Origin: Leptolyngbyaceae cyanobacterium | GTDB taxonomy: Bacteria > Cyanobacteriota > Cyanobacteriia > Phormidesmidales > Phormidesmidaceae | Length of the DNA: 64,000 nucleotides | NCBI GenBank assembly: GCA_965263355.1 | Contig: CBDHHL010000032.1 | Location: 2,464,001 to 2,528,000 of the forward strand | Direction of reading: 5' to 3' | In this document: positions 31,851-41,968 of the stretch, in pieces | Layout: the number at the start of each line of letters is the position of its first letter | Numbering within the stretch: position 1 is the first letter of the stretch | Made by a program: the position numbers and the translations under genes | The notes under the pieces: generated by a model | Told to the model about the DNA's origin: nothing | Database searches by the model: none | The model's input: the letters and a program-made list of their open reading frames with translations, nothing else

Positions 31851-33125
31851 ATGACCACCGTCCCCACCACCATTCCCTTAACCTGGCCTGATTTAGAAGC
31901 CCTTGATACCATCCAAACCGATCGAGTCAATGGTCCTACTAATGCCCAGGCACGGCTGCGGCTATTTGGCCAAACCGAGGCTGACGTGCGAGTGACTCTA
32001 TTTCGAGATAACCATGCCTGGTGTCCCTATTGCCAAAAGGTATGGCTGTGGCTAGAGGAAAAGCAGATTCCCTACCGCATCGAAAAAGTGACGATGTTTT
32101 GCTACGGGCAGAAAGAAGCCTGGTACAAAAGAAAAGTGCCCTCAGGCATGCTACCAGCAGTAGAACTAGATGGGCAGCTGATTACCGAAAGCGATGATAT
32201 TCTGATTGCCCTGGAACAGGCGTTTGGACCATTAACGCTCAGTATGTTAGCGCCCACAGCCATCCCCCTACGACGGTTGGAAAGACTATTATTCCGTGCC
32301 TGGTGTAGCTGGCTATGTCAGCCGGTGCGCTCTGCCCGACAAGAACAGTTTAATCGTGAGCAGTTTGTTGCCGTAGTTGCCAAGGTAGAAGAAGCCCTAG
32401 CTGCCACACCTGGGCCTTACTTCCTGGAGGAATTCAGCGTCGTAGACCTGGTATTTACCCCCTATGTAGAACGGATGAATGCCAGTTTGTTTTACTATAA
32501 AGGTTACTCTATGCGAGAGGAGAACCCTGGTTTTGCTGCCTGGTTTGAGGCGATGGAAACTCGCCCTACCTATCGTGGTACCCAGAGTGATTTTCATACC
32601 CATGTCCATGACCTACCCCCCCAAATGGGCGGCTGTTGGGAAAATGGTGAACCCCAGGCCAGGGCAAACCAACAACAGGTGGATCAGGGACCCTGGTTAG
32701 GACTGCCGGATGTGGGCTATTCTGAACCAGAAAGTTCTCGGATGGAGGCCCTGCATAGGGTTCTGAAACATCGTAACAACATTATTCGGGTGAACCCCAT
32801 CGACGATCAAATATTTGATCAAGCCCTGCGTTGTGCTCTGACAAATTTGATGACGGGTAACCCCTGTGAACCCCCCAAGGGAAGCGATAGTGGTCTGCGT
32901 TATTTGCGAGATCGAATAAATGTTCCCCGTGATATGTCGATTTATGCAGGCAAACGGTTACGGATGGCATTGGAAGACACGGCTGTACTCGTGGGTGATA
33001 CTCAAGGACCAGAGATTCCAGTGCGTAATCGATATGATCAAAACCCAGCAGAGTTTGTACCAAAGCAGAGTATTGATGAGGGTACTACAAATTTGCCATT
33101 TGGATTGAACTGGTTTAAGCGATAG
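31851..33125 (+). CDS. Glutathione S-transferase family protein
   Basis: [25 protein letters not shown] (GST N-domain) and a GST C-domain. Confidence 0.88.
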   Translation: MTTVPTTIPLTWPDLEALDTIQTDRVNGPTNAQARLRLFGQTEADVRVTLFRDNHAWCPYCQKVWLWLEEKQIPYRIEKVTMFCYGQKEAWYKRKVPSGMLPAVELDGQLITESDDILIALEQAFGPLTLSMLAPTAIPLRRLERLLFRAWCSWLCQPVRSARQEQFNREQFVAVVAKVEEALAATPGPYFLEEFSVVDLVFTPYVERMNASLFYYKGYSMREENPGFAAWFEAMETRPTYRGTQSDFHTHVHDLPPQMGGCWENGEPQARANQQQVDQGPWLGLPDVGYSEPESSRMEALHRVLKHRNNIIRVNPIDDQIFDQALRCALTNLMTGNPCEPPKGSDSGLRYLRDRINVPRDMSIYAGKRLRMALEDTAVLVGDTQGPEIPVRNRYDQNPAEFVPKQSIDEGTTNLPFGLNWFKR

Positions 33126-33143
33126 CTATCGCTTAAACCAGTT
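33108..33143. terminator. Perfect 36-bp palindrome between convergent genes (probable bidirectional terminator)
   Basis: AACTGGTTTAAGCGATAG|CTATCGCTTAAACCAGTT, spanning the GST stop codon. Confidence 0.55.
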
Positions 33144-33172
33144 GAGATAAATACATTCTCAGGTGGTGTAAA

Positions 33173-34150
33173 TTATGTTTGAGTGCTAGCACCGATAACA
33201 GTATTGGCAACAAATTCTTTCTGAGGTGGAGCAAGGATAGAGAGACATATCCCTATCAAGATAATGCCAAAGGCAACCCAGTTTAGCCAAGTTAGTTGCT
33301 CATTAAAAGCGGCCATGGCTAAAACAGCTGAGATGACTGGAACTAATAACAAACAGGTGGAAACTAGGGCAACAGAAAAAACTTCAAGACAGTAAGTTAG
33401 TAACCCCTGTCCTAAGACCTGTGCGGTGACCCCTAGCAATATGACTGTGACCCATCCAGTCAACGTGTGTGGGAAGGGTAACTCATGCAAAAATCCTAAG
33501 ATAATGAGGGTAAACAGGCTACCAATCAAACTGGTGCGTAGCATAATCCACGATGTGTCAAACCGCTTTCGTAACTGTCCGATAATCAAGATATTAGCGG
33601 CCACTAAAACTGCGGATCCTAACGCCGCGCCATCTCCGATAAAGCCACTAGCCAGTTGTAAATCTTCTGCACCAATAATGATCACGCCTAGGATGGCAAT
33701 ACCCAAACCCAATAGAAATTGGTAGCTAAATGTTTCTTGAAAGAGTAGCCAGGCTCCCAATGTTGTGAATAGGGGCACCATATTATCGAGCAGTGTCGCG
33801 TTTGCAACACTTGTTTGAGTTAAAGACCAAGCCCAGAGGATTAAAGAACCGGCAAAAGCTAATCCAGATACTATTAGTAGGGCAGTATCCAATGGATTCA
33901 ATGCTATTATCTTTGGTTCATTGGACTCAGCTGGCTTTGTTTTAAGAATCTGTTGACCGCCGTTCCAAAGTAAGAAAATTAATGTGCCAATCAGTAGCCG
34001 ATCAAAGGTGGCTGCATAGGGACTGATTTCTCTCTCGGCAATAACGATTAATATGGGCGCACAGCCTAGACCGATAAGGGCACCGGTAAGGGCACTTACC
34101 TTCGTAAGTAGTGAGGTATTGGACATAATGGTATTGGAAGGTAAGTGCAT
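33173..34150 (-). CDS. DMT/EamA family transporter
   Basis: About 10 TM segments, TSVANATLL, GDGAAL. 30 bp downstream of ald on the same strand. Confidence 0.88.
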   Translation of the reverse strand: MHLPSNTIMSNTSLLTKVSALTGALIGLGCAPILIVIAEREISPYAATFDRLLIGTLIFLLWNGGQQILKTKPAESNEPKIIALNPLDTALLIVSGLAFAGSLILWAWSLTQTSVANATLLDNMVPLFTTLGAWLLFQETFSYQFLLGLGIAILGVIIIGAEDLQLASGFIGDGAALGSAVLVAANILIIGQLRKRFDTSWIMLRTSLIGSLFTLIILGFLHELPFPHTLTGWVTVILLGVTAQVLGQGLLTYCLEVFSVALVSTCLLLVPVISAVLAMAAFNEQLTWLNWVAFGIILIGICLSILAPPQKEFVANTVIGASTQT

Positions 34151-34180
34151 ATTTGTACAAAAAACTGTAAATAAACGGTA

Positions 34181-35272
34181 TTAGGCGGCTACCATGACAG
34201 GAAAGGTCTCTTGCACGGCTGGATGAACAATTTTTCCATGGGCTACATTTAATCCATGGGCCAGGGCTGTGTCTTTTACCAAAGCGTCTTGCCCATAGTC
34301 AGCCAGTTTGAGCACATAGGGGAGGGTGCTGTTATTCAATGCTTGGGTAGCTGTCCAGGGGGCGGCCCCTGGCATATTGGGGACACCAAAGTGAACAACA
34401 CCTGATTCAACGTAGGTGGGTTGGGTGTGGGATGTGGGTCGCAAGGTTTCAATACAGCCACCCTGATCAACAGCCACGTCAATAATGACTGAGCCGGGGT
34501 GCATTTTGGCAACTAGCGTTTTGTTGACCAATGTTGGTGCTTTACGCCCTGGCATCAGTACAGCACCAATCAGTAAATCAGCGTTGGGAACAACTCGTTC
34601 AATCTGAGCTGAGGTGCTGTAAAGTAATTCCACACGAGAGCCGAATAGGGTTTCCAGGTAAGAAAGCCGATCAATATTAATGTCTAAAATCTGTACCTGG
34701 GCTCCCATGCCTATGGCAATGCGGGCAGCCTCTGTGCCGACAATGCCACCCCCTAGGATCACCACACGGCCTGGCTGTACACCGGGAACTCCGCCAAGCA
34801 GAACACCCCGCCCCCCCTGTTGCTTTTCTAGATAACGAGCCCCAAACTGTACGGCTAATCGACCGGCAATGATACTCATGGGGGTGAGCAAGGGAAGTTT
34901 GCCATCGGCGGTCATGACGGTTTCGTATGCGATCGCACTCACCCCACTGGCCATTAACGCCTCAGTCAATTGAGGTTCCGCCGCTAAATGCAAATAGGTA
35001 AACAGCAGTAAATCCTCACGAAAATGCGTATACTCTGAAGGCTGAGGTTCTTTAACCTTGACCACCATATCCTGGGACCATGCCATGGTCGGAGCCGACA
35101 CCAGCGTTGCGCCAGCTGCTGCATAATCTGCATTAGAAAATCCAGCTCCATGGCCTGCATTTTCCTCCACGACAACCTGATGCCCCTTTTGGCACAGTAC
35201 TTGAACACTGGCAGGCGTTAACCCAACTCGAAATTCTTGATCCTTGATCTCTTTGGGCAGTCCAATTCTCAT
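34181..35272 (-). CDS. ald: Alanine dehydrogenase
   Basis: [58 protein letters not shown]. Confidence 0.97.
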   Translation of the reverse strand: MRIGLPKEIKDQEFRVGLTPASVQVLCQKGHQVVVEENAGHGAGFSNADYAAAGATLVSAPTMAWSQDMVVKVKEPQPSEYTHFREDLLLFTYLHLAAEPQLTEALMASGVSAIAYETVMTADGKLPLLTPMSIIAGRLAVQFGARYLEKQQGGRGVLLGGVPGVQPGRVVILGGGIVGTEAARIAIGMGAQVQILDINIDRLSYLETLFGSRVELLYSTSAQIERVVPNADLLIGAVLMPGRKAPTLVNKTLVAKMHPGSVIIDVAVDQGGCIETLRPTSHTQPTYVESGVVHFGVPNMPGAAPWTATQALNNSTLPYVLKLADYGQDALVKDTALAHGLNVAHGKIVHPAVQETFPVMVAA

Positions 35273-35541
35273 GACAAATTAACCTCCTATGGGTTCAAGA
35301 TGTGTCTTATTTAAACCTTGTCCAAATCCAGTACTAAAGTTTTTTCCGTAGAAGAGCCTATCGGTTTTAACTTGGACTTGGTTTATGTTGTTGCAGTACT
35401 TTTTGAATGAGATGAGGTGGGAATGTGGGGAAAACCACCTGCTCTCATCCAACGTTTATGTTTTGAACGTTAACACTAATGCTGATAATTGATCAATAGA
35501 GTTTGTCGTCTATTGATACAAATAGTAAAAAACATCAATAA

Positions 35542-35555
35542 GTAGATTATGATAC
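35542..35555. promoter_or_regulatory. Candidate NtcA binding site upstream of ald
   Basis: GTAGATTATGATAC = GTA-N8-TAC in AT-rich context, 270 bp upstream of the ald start. No perfect TAN3T at the canonical 22-23 nt spacing. Confidence 0.5.
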
Positions 35556-36182
35556 AAAAACTGCAACGATCGCTTGCTAACATTACAGTATTGAAGACTT
35601 GCTGCATAGGCCTTAAAAGATGTTGGTGTTATCTATCTACTTTTCATCTCTGAGCCCATGTCATGAGCCCTCCAACTTAAATACCAAGGAGGGACGGCTT
35701 CATAAGCACTTGCTCAAATGGAACGGTGTGGGTTCTCCTTACGCCGAGGTGCTTGTGTAAGCTTATATGACGGTTTAGATGCCCTTAATTTTTAGGAGCT
35801 TGGTCAAATTGTGCTGACCAGTTAGAAAAGTTTTGTTCCTAATGCAATACGTTTCACGATAATCTTCGTGAAGAGACTTTGGGTATTTCTGAGATAGTAC
35901 TGAAATTGTAGGTCTTACCAGAGTTGATGCTGTGCTGATGTCAGCATCCTAAAGATTTTTGTTCTTATTTGTTGATGTTTCTACCCATTTCTAGGTGATT
36001 CATCTAGGGGTATTGACCTAAGCTCGGAAATTTCGGCTAGTGGTCTGTCAAGCCTAAGATTTCGAATAAGACGGGTAAAGAGTAAAGAGTCTAAAGGGAT
36101 GAAGGGTAATTCTCTATAAGTGACTCTTTATGCCTCTTTATCAGTAACCAATCCAGAATCCTAGCTTTGACGCTGCACCAGG

Positions 36183-36251
36183 TCAGAATTCAGAATTCGA
36201 ACGTCAGAATTCGTAAGGGGAGCGAATTCCGAACTCCGAATTCCGTATTCC
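36183..36251. repeat. STRR-like heptamer repeats (TCAGAAT / GAATTCC units)
   Basis: TCAGAAT TCAGAAT TCGAACG TCAGAAT ... GAATTCC GAACTCC GAATTCC GTATTCC. Confidence 0.65.
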
Positions 36252-36370
36252 GTAGAGCTTTGCCCTTCTCGCAGAGTGCTCTACACTATTGCGGCAATCA
36301 TCCCACTTTACGGTGATGCCCGATACTCATACCAACGGCGTTACTACACTATCAGGAGTGATTATTCTCT

Positions 36371-37150
36371 ATGGCACCATCTCTAAACGATCAATGCGTT
36401 CTGATCACAGGCGCGAGCAGTGGCATTGGTCAATCCTGTGCCCGATTCTTTGCCCAGGCAGGGGCCCGACTTATTCTGGCTGCCCGCCGTAAGGACAAAC
36501 TGCAAACATTGTCAGATGAGTTGCAAACGCATTATCAAACTCAGACATTATTGCTTTGCATAGATGTCCAAGATTTCCAGGCGGTTACAACTGCCATCGA
36601 AGGATTGCCCGCAGAGTGGAAGGCCATTGATGTGTTGATTAACAATGCTGGTCTGAGTCGTGGTCTGGACAAACAATATGAATCCCCTATCCAAGATTGG
36701 GAAGAAATGATTGACACCAATATAAAAGGTCTGCTGTATGTGACCCGTGCCGTTGTTCCGGGAATGGTGGCGCGCGGGCGAGGGCATGTGGTCAATATTG
36801 GCTCGATTGCAGCCAGACAAACCTACACGGGGGGGAGTGTTTACTGTGCCACCAAAGCAGCGGTAAAGTCCTTGTCTGAAGGCCTAAAAATCGATCTGTT
36901 GGGGACTCCAGTACGGGTAACCAACATCGAGCCAGGGTTGGTAGAGACAGAATTTAGCAATGTGCGGTTCCGGGGCGATGATGACAAGGCCAACTCGGTC
37001 TATACCGGGATGACGCCCCTCACCCCAGACGATATTGCTGAAACCATTTTGTTTGCCGTCACCCGCCCTACCCACGTCAATATCAGCGAAATTTTTGTCA
37101 TGCCCACCGATCAATCGTCGGTTACCCATGTTCACAGGAGAACGGTCTGA
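36371..37150 (+). CDS. Short-chain dehydrogenase/reductase, YdfG/IsfD-like, probably NADP(H)-dependent
   Basis: TGASSGIG, AARR, NNAG, GSIA, YCATK, IEPG.VETEFS.VRF.GD. Confidence 0.92.
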   Translation: MAPSLNDQCVLITGASSGIGQSCARFFAQAGARLILAARRKDKLQTLSDELQTHYQTQTLLLCIDVQDFQAVTTAIEGLPAEWKAIDVLINNAGLSRGLDKQYESPIQDWEEMIDTNIKGLLYVTRAVVPGMVARGRGHVVNIGSIAARQTYTGGSVYCATKAAVKSLSEGLKIDLLGTPVRVTNIEPGLVETEFSNVRFRGDDDKANSVYTGMTPLTPDDIAETILFAVTRPTHVNISEIFVMPTDQSSVTHVHRRTV

Positions 37151-37152
37151 CG

Positions 37153-37875
37153 ATGGAACTAATCATTGTCATCACTACGTTTGTAGCGGCCTTTGTTCAG
37201 GGTGTATCAGGCTTTGGGTTTGCCCTGGTGGCGATGCCAATTTTGTCTGGCTTAACCAGTATCCAAGCGGCAGCTCCCCTGGTGGCACTTACAACATTAA
37301 CCAATAACCTCATCCTGTGTATCTACTACCGTCAATCCTTTGACCAAAATGTTGTCAGAAATTTGTTGCTAGGAGCGATATTAGGGATTCCCGTCGGTTT
37401 TCTGGCCTTAAATTATCTTCCTACAGCGTTGATGCTAATCACCTTAGGCATCCTCATCGTCACCTATTCGCTGTATTCCTTAGTCAGTCCAGTAGTGCCT
37501 GTTCTAAAGTCTAAACTGTGGGCCTATGGTGCCGGATTCTCGTCAGGAATTTTGTTGGGCTGTTTTAATCTGCCTGGACCACCAATCATTCTCTATGGCA
37601 GTAGTCAACGGTGGTCTCAGGAAAGGTTTAAGGGTAACCTCAGCAGCTTTTTTTGGATAAGTGTCGCCATTGTCGTTGTAGGCCATGGCTTACAGCAACG
37701 GATTTCAGTGGATATTGTGCGTCAGTTCTTAATTGCTGTTCCTAGTTTAATGCTGGGATTATGCTTGGGTGTTGTCCTAGCTAAGAAGTTTAATCCTAAT
37801 GTTTTTCGAAAAATCGTCACTGTTTTATTGTCGATAGTTGGCGTAAGGCTGATTATTTCTGGGATTTATCTATAG
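37153..37875 (+). CDS. TauE/SafE (TSUP, DUF81) family exporter
   Basis: QGVSGFGFALV and G..NLPGPP repeats, about 8 TM segments; 2 bp after the SDR. Confidence 0.88.
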   Translation: MELIIVITTFVAAFVQGVSGFGFALVAMPILSGLTSIQAAAPLVALTTLTNNLILCIYYRQSFDQNVVRNLLLGAILGIPVGFLALNYLPTALMLITLGILIVTYSLYSLVSPVVPVLKSKLWAYGAGFSSGILLGCFNLPGPPIILYGSSQRWSQERFKGNLSSFFWISVAIVVVGHGLQQRISVDIVRQFLIAVPSLMLGLCLGVVLAKKFNPNVFRKIVTVLLSIVGVRLIISGIYL

Positions 37876-38001
37876 CCAGAAAATAATTTTTAGAAACGAT
37901 ACTAATGCCGTTTGAGCAAGGCTTGGGAGTCGTCTTTATTCCCTAAATCTTCTATAGAGACTGATTCAGGATACATAAATAGATGCTCACAATTAATTTC
38001 A

Positions 38002-38034
38002 AAATTCCGAACTCCGAATTCCCAATTCTGAACT
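38002..38034. repeat. STRR-like heptamer repeats
   Basis: AAATTCC GAACTCC GAATTCC CAATTCT GAACT; 20 bp identical to 36225-36244. Confidence 0.6.
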
Positions 38035-38382
38035 AGCCGAAGTTTCCCGGCTTAAGTTGATACCCAATTTTCAACCAGCCCTTAGGGTGCCGTTGACTAG
38101 TTTTTGATGCCATAAAATATAAATATTCTAAGGCTTAATTGTGGTTGTTTAGAGTTAGCTTTTCTTAATAAGAATCTTTTTCTGAATCGTGTGTAAATAT
38201 ACAGAAGAGAGCTTTTGATTACCTTTATTGTTATTAGCAATATTTTAAGGAATTTGCTTTGTAACATAAACCAGTTCCAGTTAAACCCTTGATATTTCAA
38301 GTAGTAAACTACGGGTTTTTAACAGGGACAGGATTTCATTAGCTCTTTAAGAAATGTTCTTTCACTTTAGGGACTATTTTTG

Positions 38383-39771
38383 ATGTTTGCTAGTTTGAGT
38401 CCAGAAAAAACTGATTTGGGAAAGATGGATGCTGAGTCACTTTGGCATTCTCTGGTACAGCACAAACCGTTTTCTCAAAAACCGCCCAAGTGTATGGCAC
38501 GGGGTGTGGGCTGTCATGTGACGGATAGGGACGGTGTGGAATACTTTGACGGTGTTTCCGGGCTGTGGTGTGTGAATGTGGGCTATGGTCGTCAGGAACT
38601 GGCGGAAGTGGCCTATGGGCAGATGGTAGATCTGGCCTACTTTCCGCTCACGTCCATGAGCCATGAGCCAGGGATCCGTTTGGCTCATAAATTGCTAGAG
38701 CTATTGGGCTATGGGGGGAAAGTTTTTTTCTCCACAAGCGGTTCTGAGGCCAATGAAACTGCCTTTAAGATTGCCCGTCAGTACCATGCTCAAACTGCAA
38801 AAGCTGGGTCTGGTCCGCGCTATAAAATTATCTCTCGCTATCGTGGTTACCATGGCCACACCATGGGAGCCTTGAGTGCAACGGCCCAGGCTGAACGCAA
38901 GCTAAAGTATGAGCCGTTGGTGCCGGGGTTCTTCCATGTGAGCCCGCCTTACTATTATCGGTTTGGTGATGGTCAATCGGAAGATGTGTATAATGCGGCC
39001 TGCCTACGAGAGCTGGAACAGACGATTCGCTACGAAGGGGCTGAATCTGTTGCCGCCGTAATCGTAGAGCCCATTATTTCGGGGGGTGGAGTGATTCCGC
39101 CCACTGAGGGGTACTTACGTGGGGTGCGGGAGATTTGCGATCGCACCGGCATCCTGCTTATCTACGACGAAGTCGTCAACGGCTTTGGCCGCACTGGCAA
39201 AATGTTTGGCCATCAACACTGGGGGGTAGAACCCGATATCATTACCTTTGCCAAGGGGCTTACCAGTGGTTATATGCCCCTATCGGCCACGGTGGTAAAG
39301 CAGCCTGTGTTTGAAGCCTTTTTAGATGAGCCTGGGACCGATAGCCATTTTCGCCATATCACCACCTACGGCGGTAGTCCCGTTTGTACAGCCGTTGGCT
39401 TAAGAAGCATCGAAATTTTAGAGAGAGAAAATTTATGTGAGCGAGCGGCTGAAATGGGTGACTATCTCCTGGGTAAATTGCAAAAGCTGTTGGACCATCC
39501 CAACGTGGGAGATGTTAGAGGTAAGGGGGTACTGCTGGGTGTAGAGCTGGTCAAGGACAAGGTCAGTAAGACCCCGTTGGATAGCGATATTGTTGCCTCA
39601 GTTCCCCGTTACTGCCTGGATAAGCAAATTATCATTGGTCGCAATACCAATACGATTCCTGGGTTTACCAATGTGTTGATTATGGCCCCACCGTTGGTGA
39701 TCAGCCGAGAAGAGGCTGACCGTTTGGCAGATACCCTCTGTGATGCTGTTTTTGCTATGCCAAGTTCCTGA
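38383..39771 (+). CDS. Class III PLP aminotransferase, taurine/omega-amino acid:pyruvate type
   Basis: LWHSLVQHKPF, GLWCVNVGYGR, SGSEANETAFK, YHG, DEVVNGFGRTG, PLP lysine in FAKGLTSGY. Confidence 0.9.
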   Translation: MFASLSPEKTDLGKMDAESLWHSLVQHKPFSQKPPKCMARGVGCHVTDRDGVEYFDGVSGLWCVNVGYGRQELAEVAYGQMVDLAYFPLTSMSHEPGIRLAHKLLELLGYGGKVFFSTSGSEANETAFKIARQYHAQTAKAGSGPRYKIISRYRGYHGHTMGALSATAQAERKLKYEPLVPGFFHVSPPYYYRFGDGQSEDVYNAACLRELEQTIRYEGAESVAAVIVEPIISGGGVIPPTEGYLRGVREICDRTGILLIYDEVVNGFGRTGKMFGHQHWGVEPDIITFAKGLTSGYMPLSATVVKQPVFEAFLDEPGTDSHFRHITTYGGSPVCTAVGLRSIEILERENLCERAAEMGDYLLGKLQKLLDHPNVGDVRGKGVLLGVELVKDKVSKTPLDSDIVASVPRYCLDKQIIIGRNTNTIPGFTNVLIMAPPLVISREEADRLADTLCDAVFAMPSS

Positions 39772-39902
39772 TGTTGTCAACAAATTTCAGAGAAGTCTGT
39801 AAAAGACCAGGCTTTGAATAGGTGAAATCCCCTCCCAGGAGGGGAGAACGTATCGAGCTTTGCATTGAGTTCTCATATCTCTCTCATTTGGAGTTAATAT
39901 CC

Positions 39903-41465
39903 ATGAAAAAATCGCTGTTTCGATTGAAACACTATCTCTATGGCCTTGCCTTTTTGCTGATCTTTCTACCCCAGGCTGCCTTCGCCCAGACTGCGTCTGC
40001 CTCGGTTGGATTTTTAGGTGCCCTTGAGGCTGGTGTGCAAGGTGTAGTTGATGTTCTTAACCTGATCTTCTACTTCAAGGTGGGGGGGGAGAATGGCATG
40101 CCCTTTATTGTTCTTTGGTTGGTCATTGGTGCCATTTTCTTCACCTTCCGGCTTAAGTTTATTAATATTCGAGCCTTTAAACATGCCATTGATGTGGTAC
40201 GGGGTAAATACGATAGCGAAGACGATGAAGGAGATGTTTCTCACTTTCAGGCACTGGCCGCAGCCCTGTCTGGAACTGTGGGGATTGGTAATATCGCAGG
40301 GGTTGCGATCGCAATCCGCCTCGGAGGTCCCGGAGCCGCTTTTTGGATGACCATGGCAGGGTTTCTGGGTATGTCGAGTAAATTTGCCGAATGTACCCTC
40401 GGTCAAAAGTATCGCGTAATTAAGCCCGATGGCACTGTGGGGGGTGGCCCAATGTATTATCTCTCCCGTGGGTTGTCGGCCATGGGCATGGCCCCTGTAG
40501 GAAAGGCATTGGCCGTTATTTTTGCGGTCATGTGTGCCATTGGGAGTTTGGGCATCGGCAACATGTTCCAGGCAAACCAGGCTTTTGCTGCTGTCTCCAA
40601 TGTGTTACCCTTTCTCACTAACGTGAGCTGGCTGTTTGGCATTTTCTTGGCATTAATTGTTGGTCTAGTCATCCTGGGTGGCATTGAACGCATTGGTGCC
40701 GTGGCCGGTGTGCTAGTCCCTTTCATGGCAGTGATCTATGCCTTAGCCTGTTTCTGGGTGATGTTGGTAAAACTGCCCCAGGTCCCTGGTGCGATCGGGA
40801 CCATTATTGCCACAGCCTTTAGCCCAGAAGCAGTGGCAGGCGGAGCCATTGGGGCCTTGGTAATTGGCTTTCAGCGGGCCGCATTCTCCAATGAAGCCGG
40901 TTTGGGCTCAGCGGCCATTGCCCATTCAGCAGCTAAAACAGATGAACCCATCCGAGAAGGAATTGTTGCTCTGTTAGAGCCCTTTATTGACACCATGTTT
41001 ATCTGTAATTTAACGGCTATTGTGATTGTTCTCACCGGAGTTTATGCCGATCCGACAGCTGCCGATCTCAATGGAGCCCAGCTATCGGCAGCCTCGTTTG
41101 AGACAGTCATTAGCTGGTTTCCCTATGTGATTGCGGTTGCCGGATTTTTGTTCGCACTGTCGACTATGATTTCATGGAGCTATTATGGGCAACAGTCCTG
41201 GGCGTTTCTCTTTGGGGAAAGTACGACAAGCATCTACAAGGGCATTTTTCTATTTTGTGTGTTTGTAGGGGCAGTGGTTAACCTGGGGCCCGTCCTCGAT
41301 TTTAGTGACATTATGGCCCTGGCCATGTCACTCCCCAATCTGTTGGGCTGCTTCCTAATGTCTGGCCTGATTGCTAGAGAGTTGAACAGCTATATGGCCC
41401 GTCTGAACTCAGGAGAAATGTTGCCAAACACTCAAGTGATTCAAGAAACTATTTTGCGGAGGTAG
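39903..41465 (+). CDS. Alanine/glycine:cation symporter (AGCS/AlsT family)
   Basis: SHFQALAAALSGTVGIGNIAGVA, GGPGAAFWM, GGPMYY, FSNEAGLGSA. Start placed at ATG 39903. Confidence 0.93.
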   Translation: MKKSLFRLKHYLYGLAFLLIFLPQAAFAQTASASVGFLGALEAGVQGVVDVLNLIFYFKVGGENGMPFIVLWLVIGAIFFTFRLKFINIRAFKHAIDVVRGKYDSEDDEGDVSHFQALAAALSGTVGIGNIAGVAIAIRLGGPGAAFWMTMAGFLGMSSKFAECTLGQKYRVIKPDGTVGGGPMYYLSRGLSAMGMAPVGKALAVIFAVMCAIGSLGIGNMFQANQAFAAVSNVLPFLTNVSWLFGIFLALIVGLVILGGIERIGAVAGVLVPFMAVIYALACFWVMLVKLPQVPGAIGTIIATAFSPEAVAGGAIGALVIGFQRAAFSNEAGLGSAAIAHSAAKTDEPIREGIVALLEPFIDTMFICNLTAIVIVLTGVYADPTAADLNGAQLSAASFETVISWFPYVIAVAGFLFALSTMISWSYYGQQSWAFLFGESTTSIYKGIFLFCVFVGAVVNLGPVLDFSDIMALAMSLPNLLGCFLMSGLIARELNSYMARLNSGEMLPNTQVIQETILRR

Positions 41466-41470
41466 CTGAG

Positions 41471-41896
41471 ATGAGTTGGCTTAAACGAAAATCCGTTCTT
41501 ATTCCCATTGATTTTTCTGAACAGTCTTACCAGGCCCTGGCTCCTGCCCAAGAACTTGTTGAAGATAGTTCATCCTTAAAACTCATCCATGTGCTTGCAC
41601 CATTGCACCCGGCTGATCCTGCTGCCATGTGGGATACAATCAATGATGAGGATCGCAAACAAAAGGTGCGCCTCTTTACCCAAGATAAGCTTCGCGAAAT
41701 GGGATATGGCAATATTCACATTGAGGTGGTTATTGGTGACACGACGTCCAAAATTGTAGACTATGCCCAAGAAACAGATGCTGACTTAATTGTTATGACA
41801 TCCCATGGGCGCAAAGGTGTGGGTCGTTTTCTAATTGGTTCCATAGCAGAGCAGGTGGTACGTTTGTCTCACTGTCCAGTGTTGATTCTTAAGTAA
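41471..41896 (+). CDS. Universal stress protein
   Basis: VLIPIDFSE, DLIVMTSHGR, IGSIAEQVVR..CPVL. Confidence 0.92.
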   Translation: MSWLKRKSVLIPIDFSEQSYQALAPAQELVEDSSSLKLIHVLAPLHPADPAAMWDTINDEDRKQKVRLFTQDKLREMGYGNIHIEVVIGDTTSKIVDYAQETDADLIVMTSHGRKGVGRFLIGSIAEQVVRLSHCPVLILK

Positions 41897-41927
41897 GTTG
41901 AGCCGCACCATACAACTTGTTCAATGT

Positions 41928-41968
41928 AAAGGGTAACCCTCTAGAAAAGTAGGGTTACCTTTTTCTTT
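41928..41968 (+). terminator. Rho-independent terminator
   Basis: GGTAACCCT...AGGGTTACC stem plus T-run, after the aminotransferase-symporter-USP operon. Confidence 0.7.

Noticed and set aside
38097..38300. 67-aa minus-strand ORF
   Set aside because: AT-rich promoter region of the aminotransferase; TTG start and biased composition.
38301..38312. GTAGTAAACTAC as an NtcA site for the aminotransferase
   Set aside because: Spacer is 6 nt, not 8.
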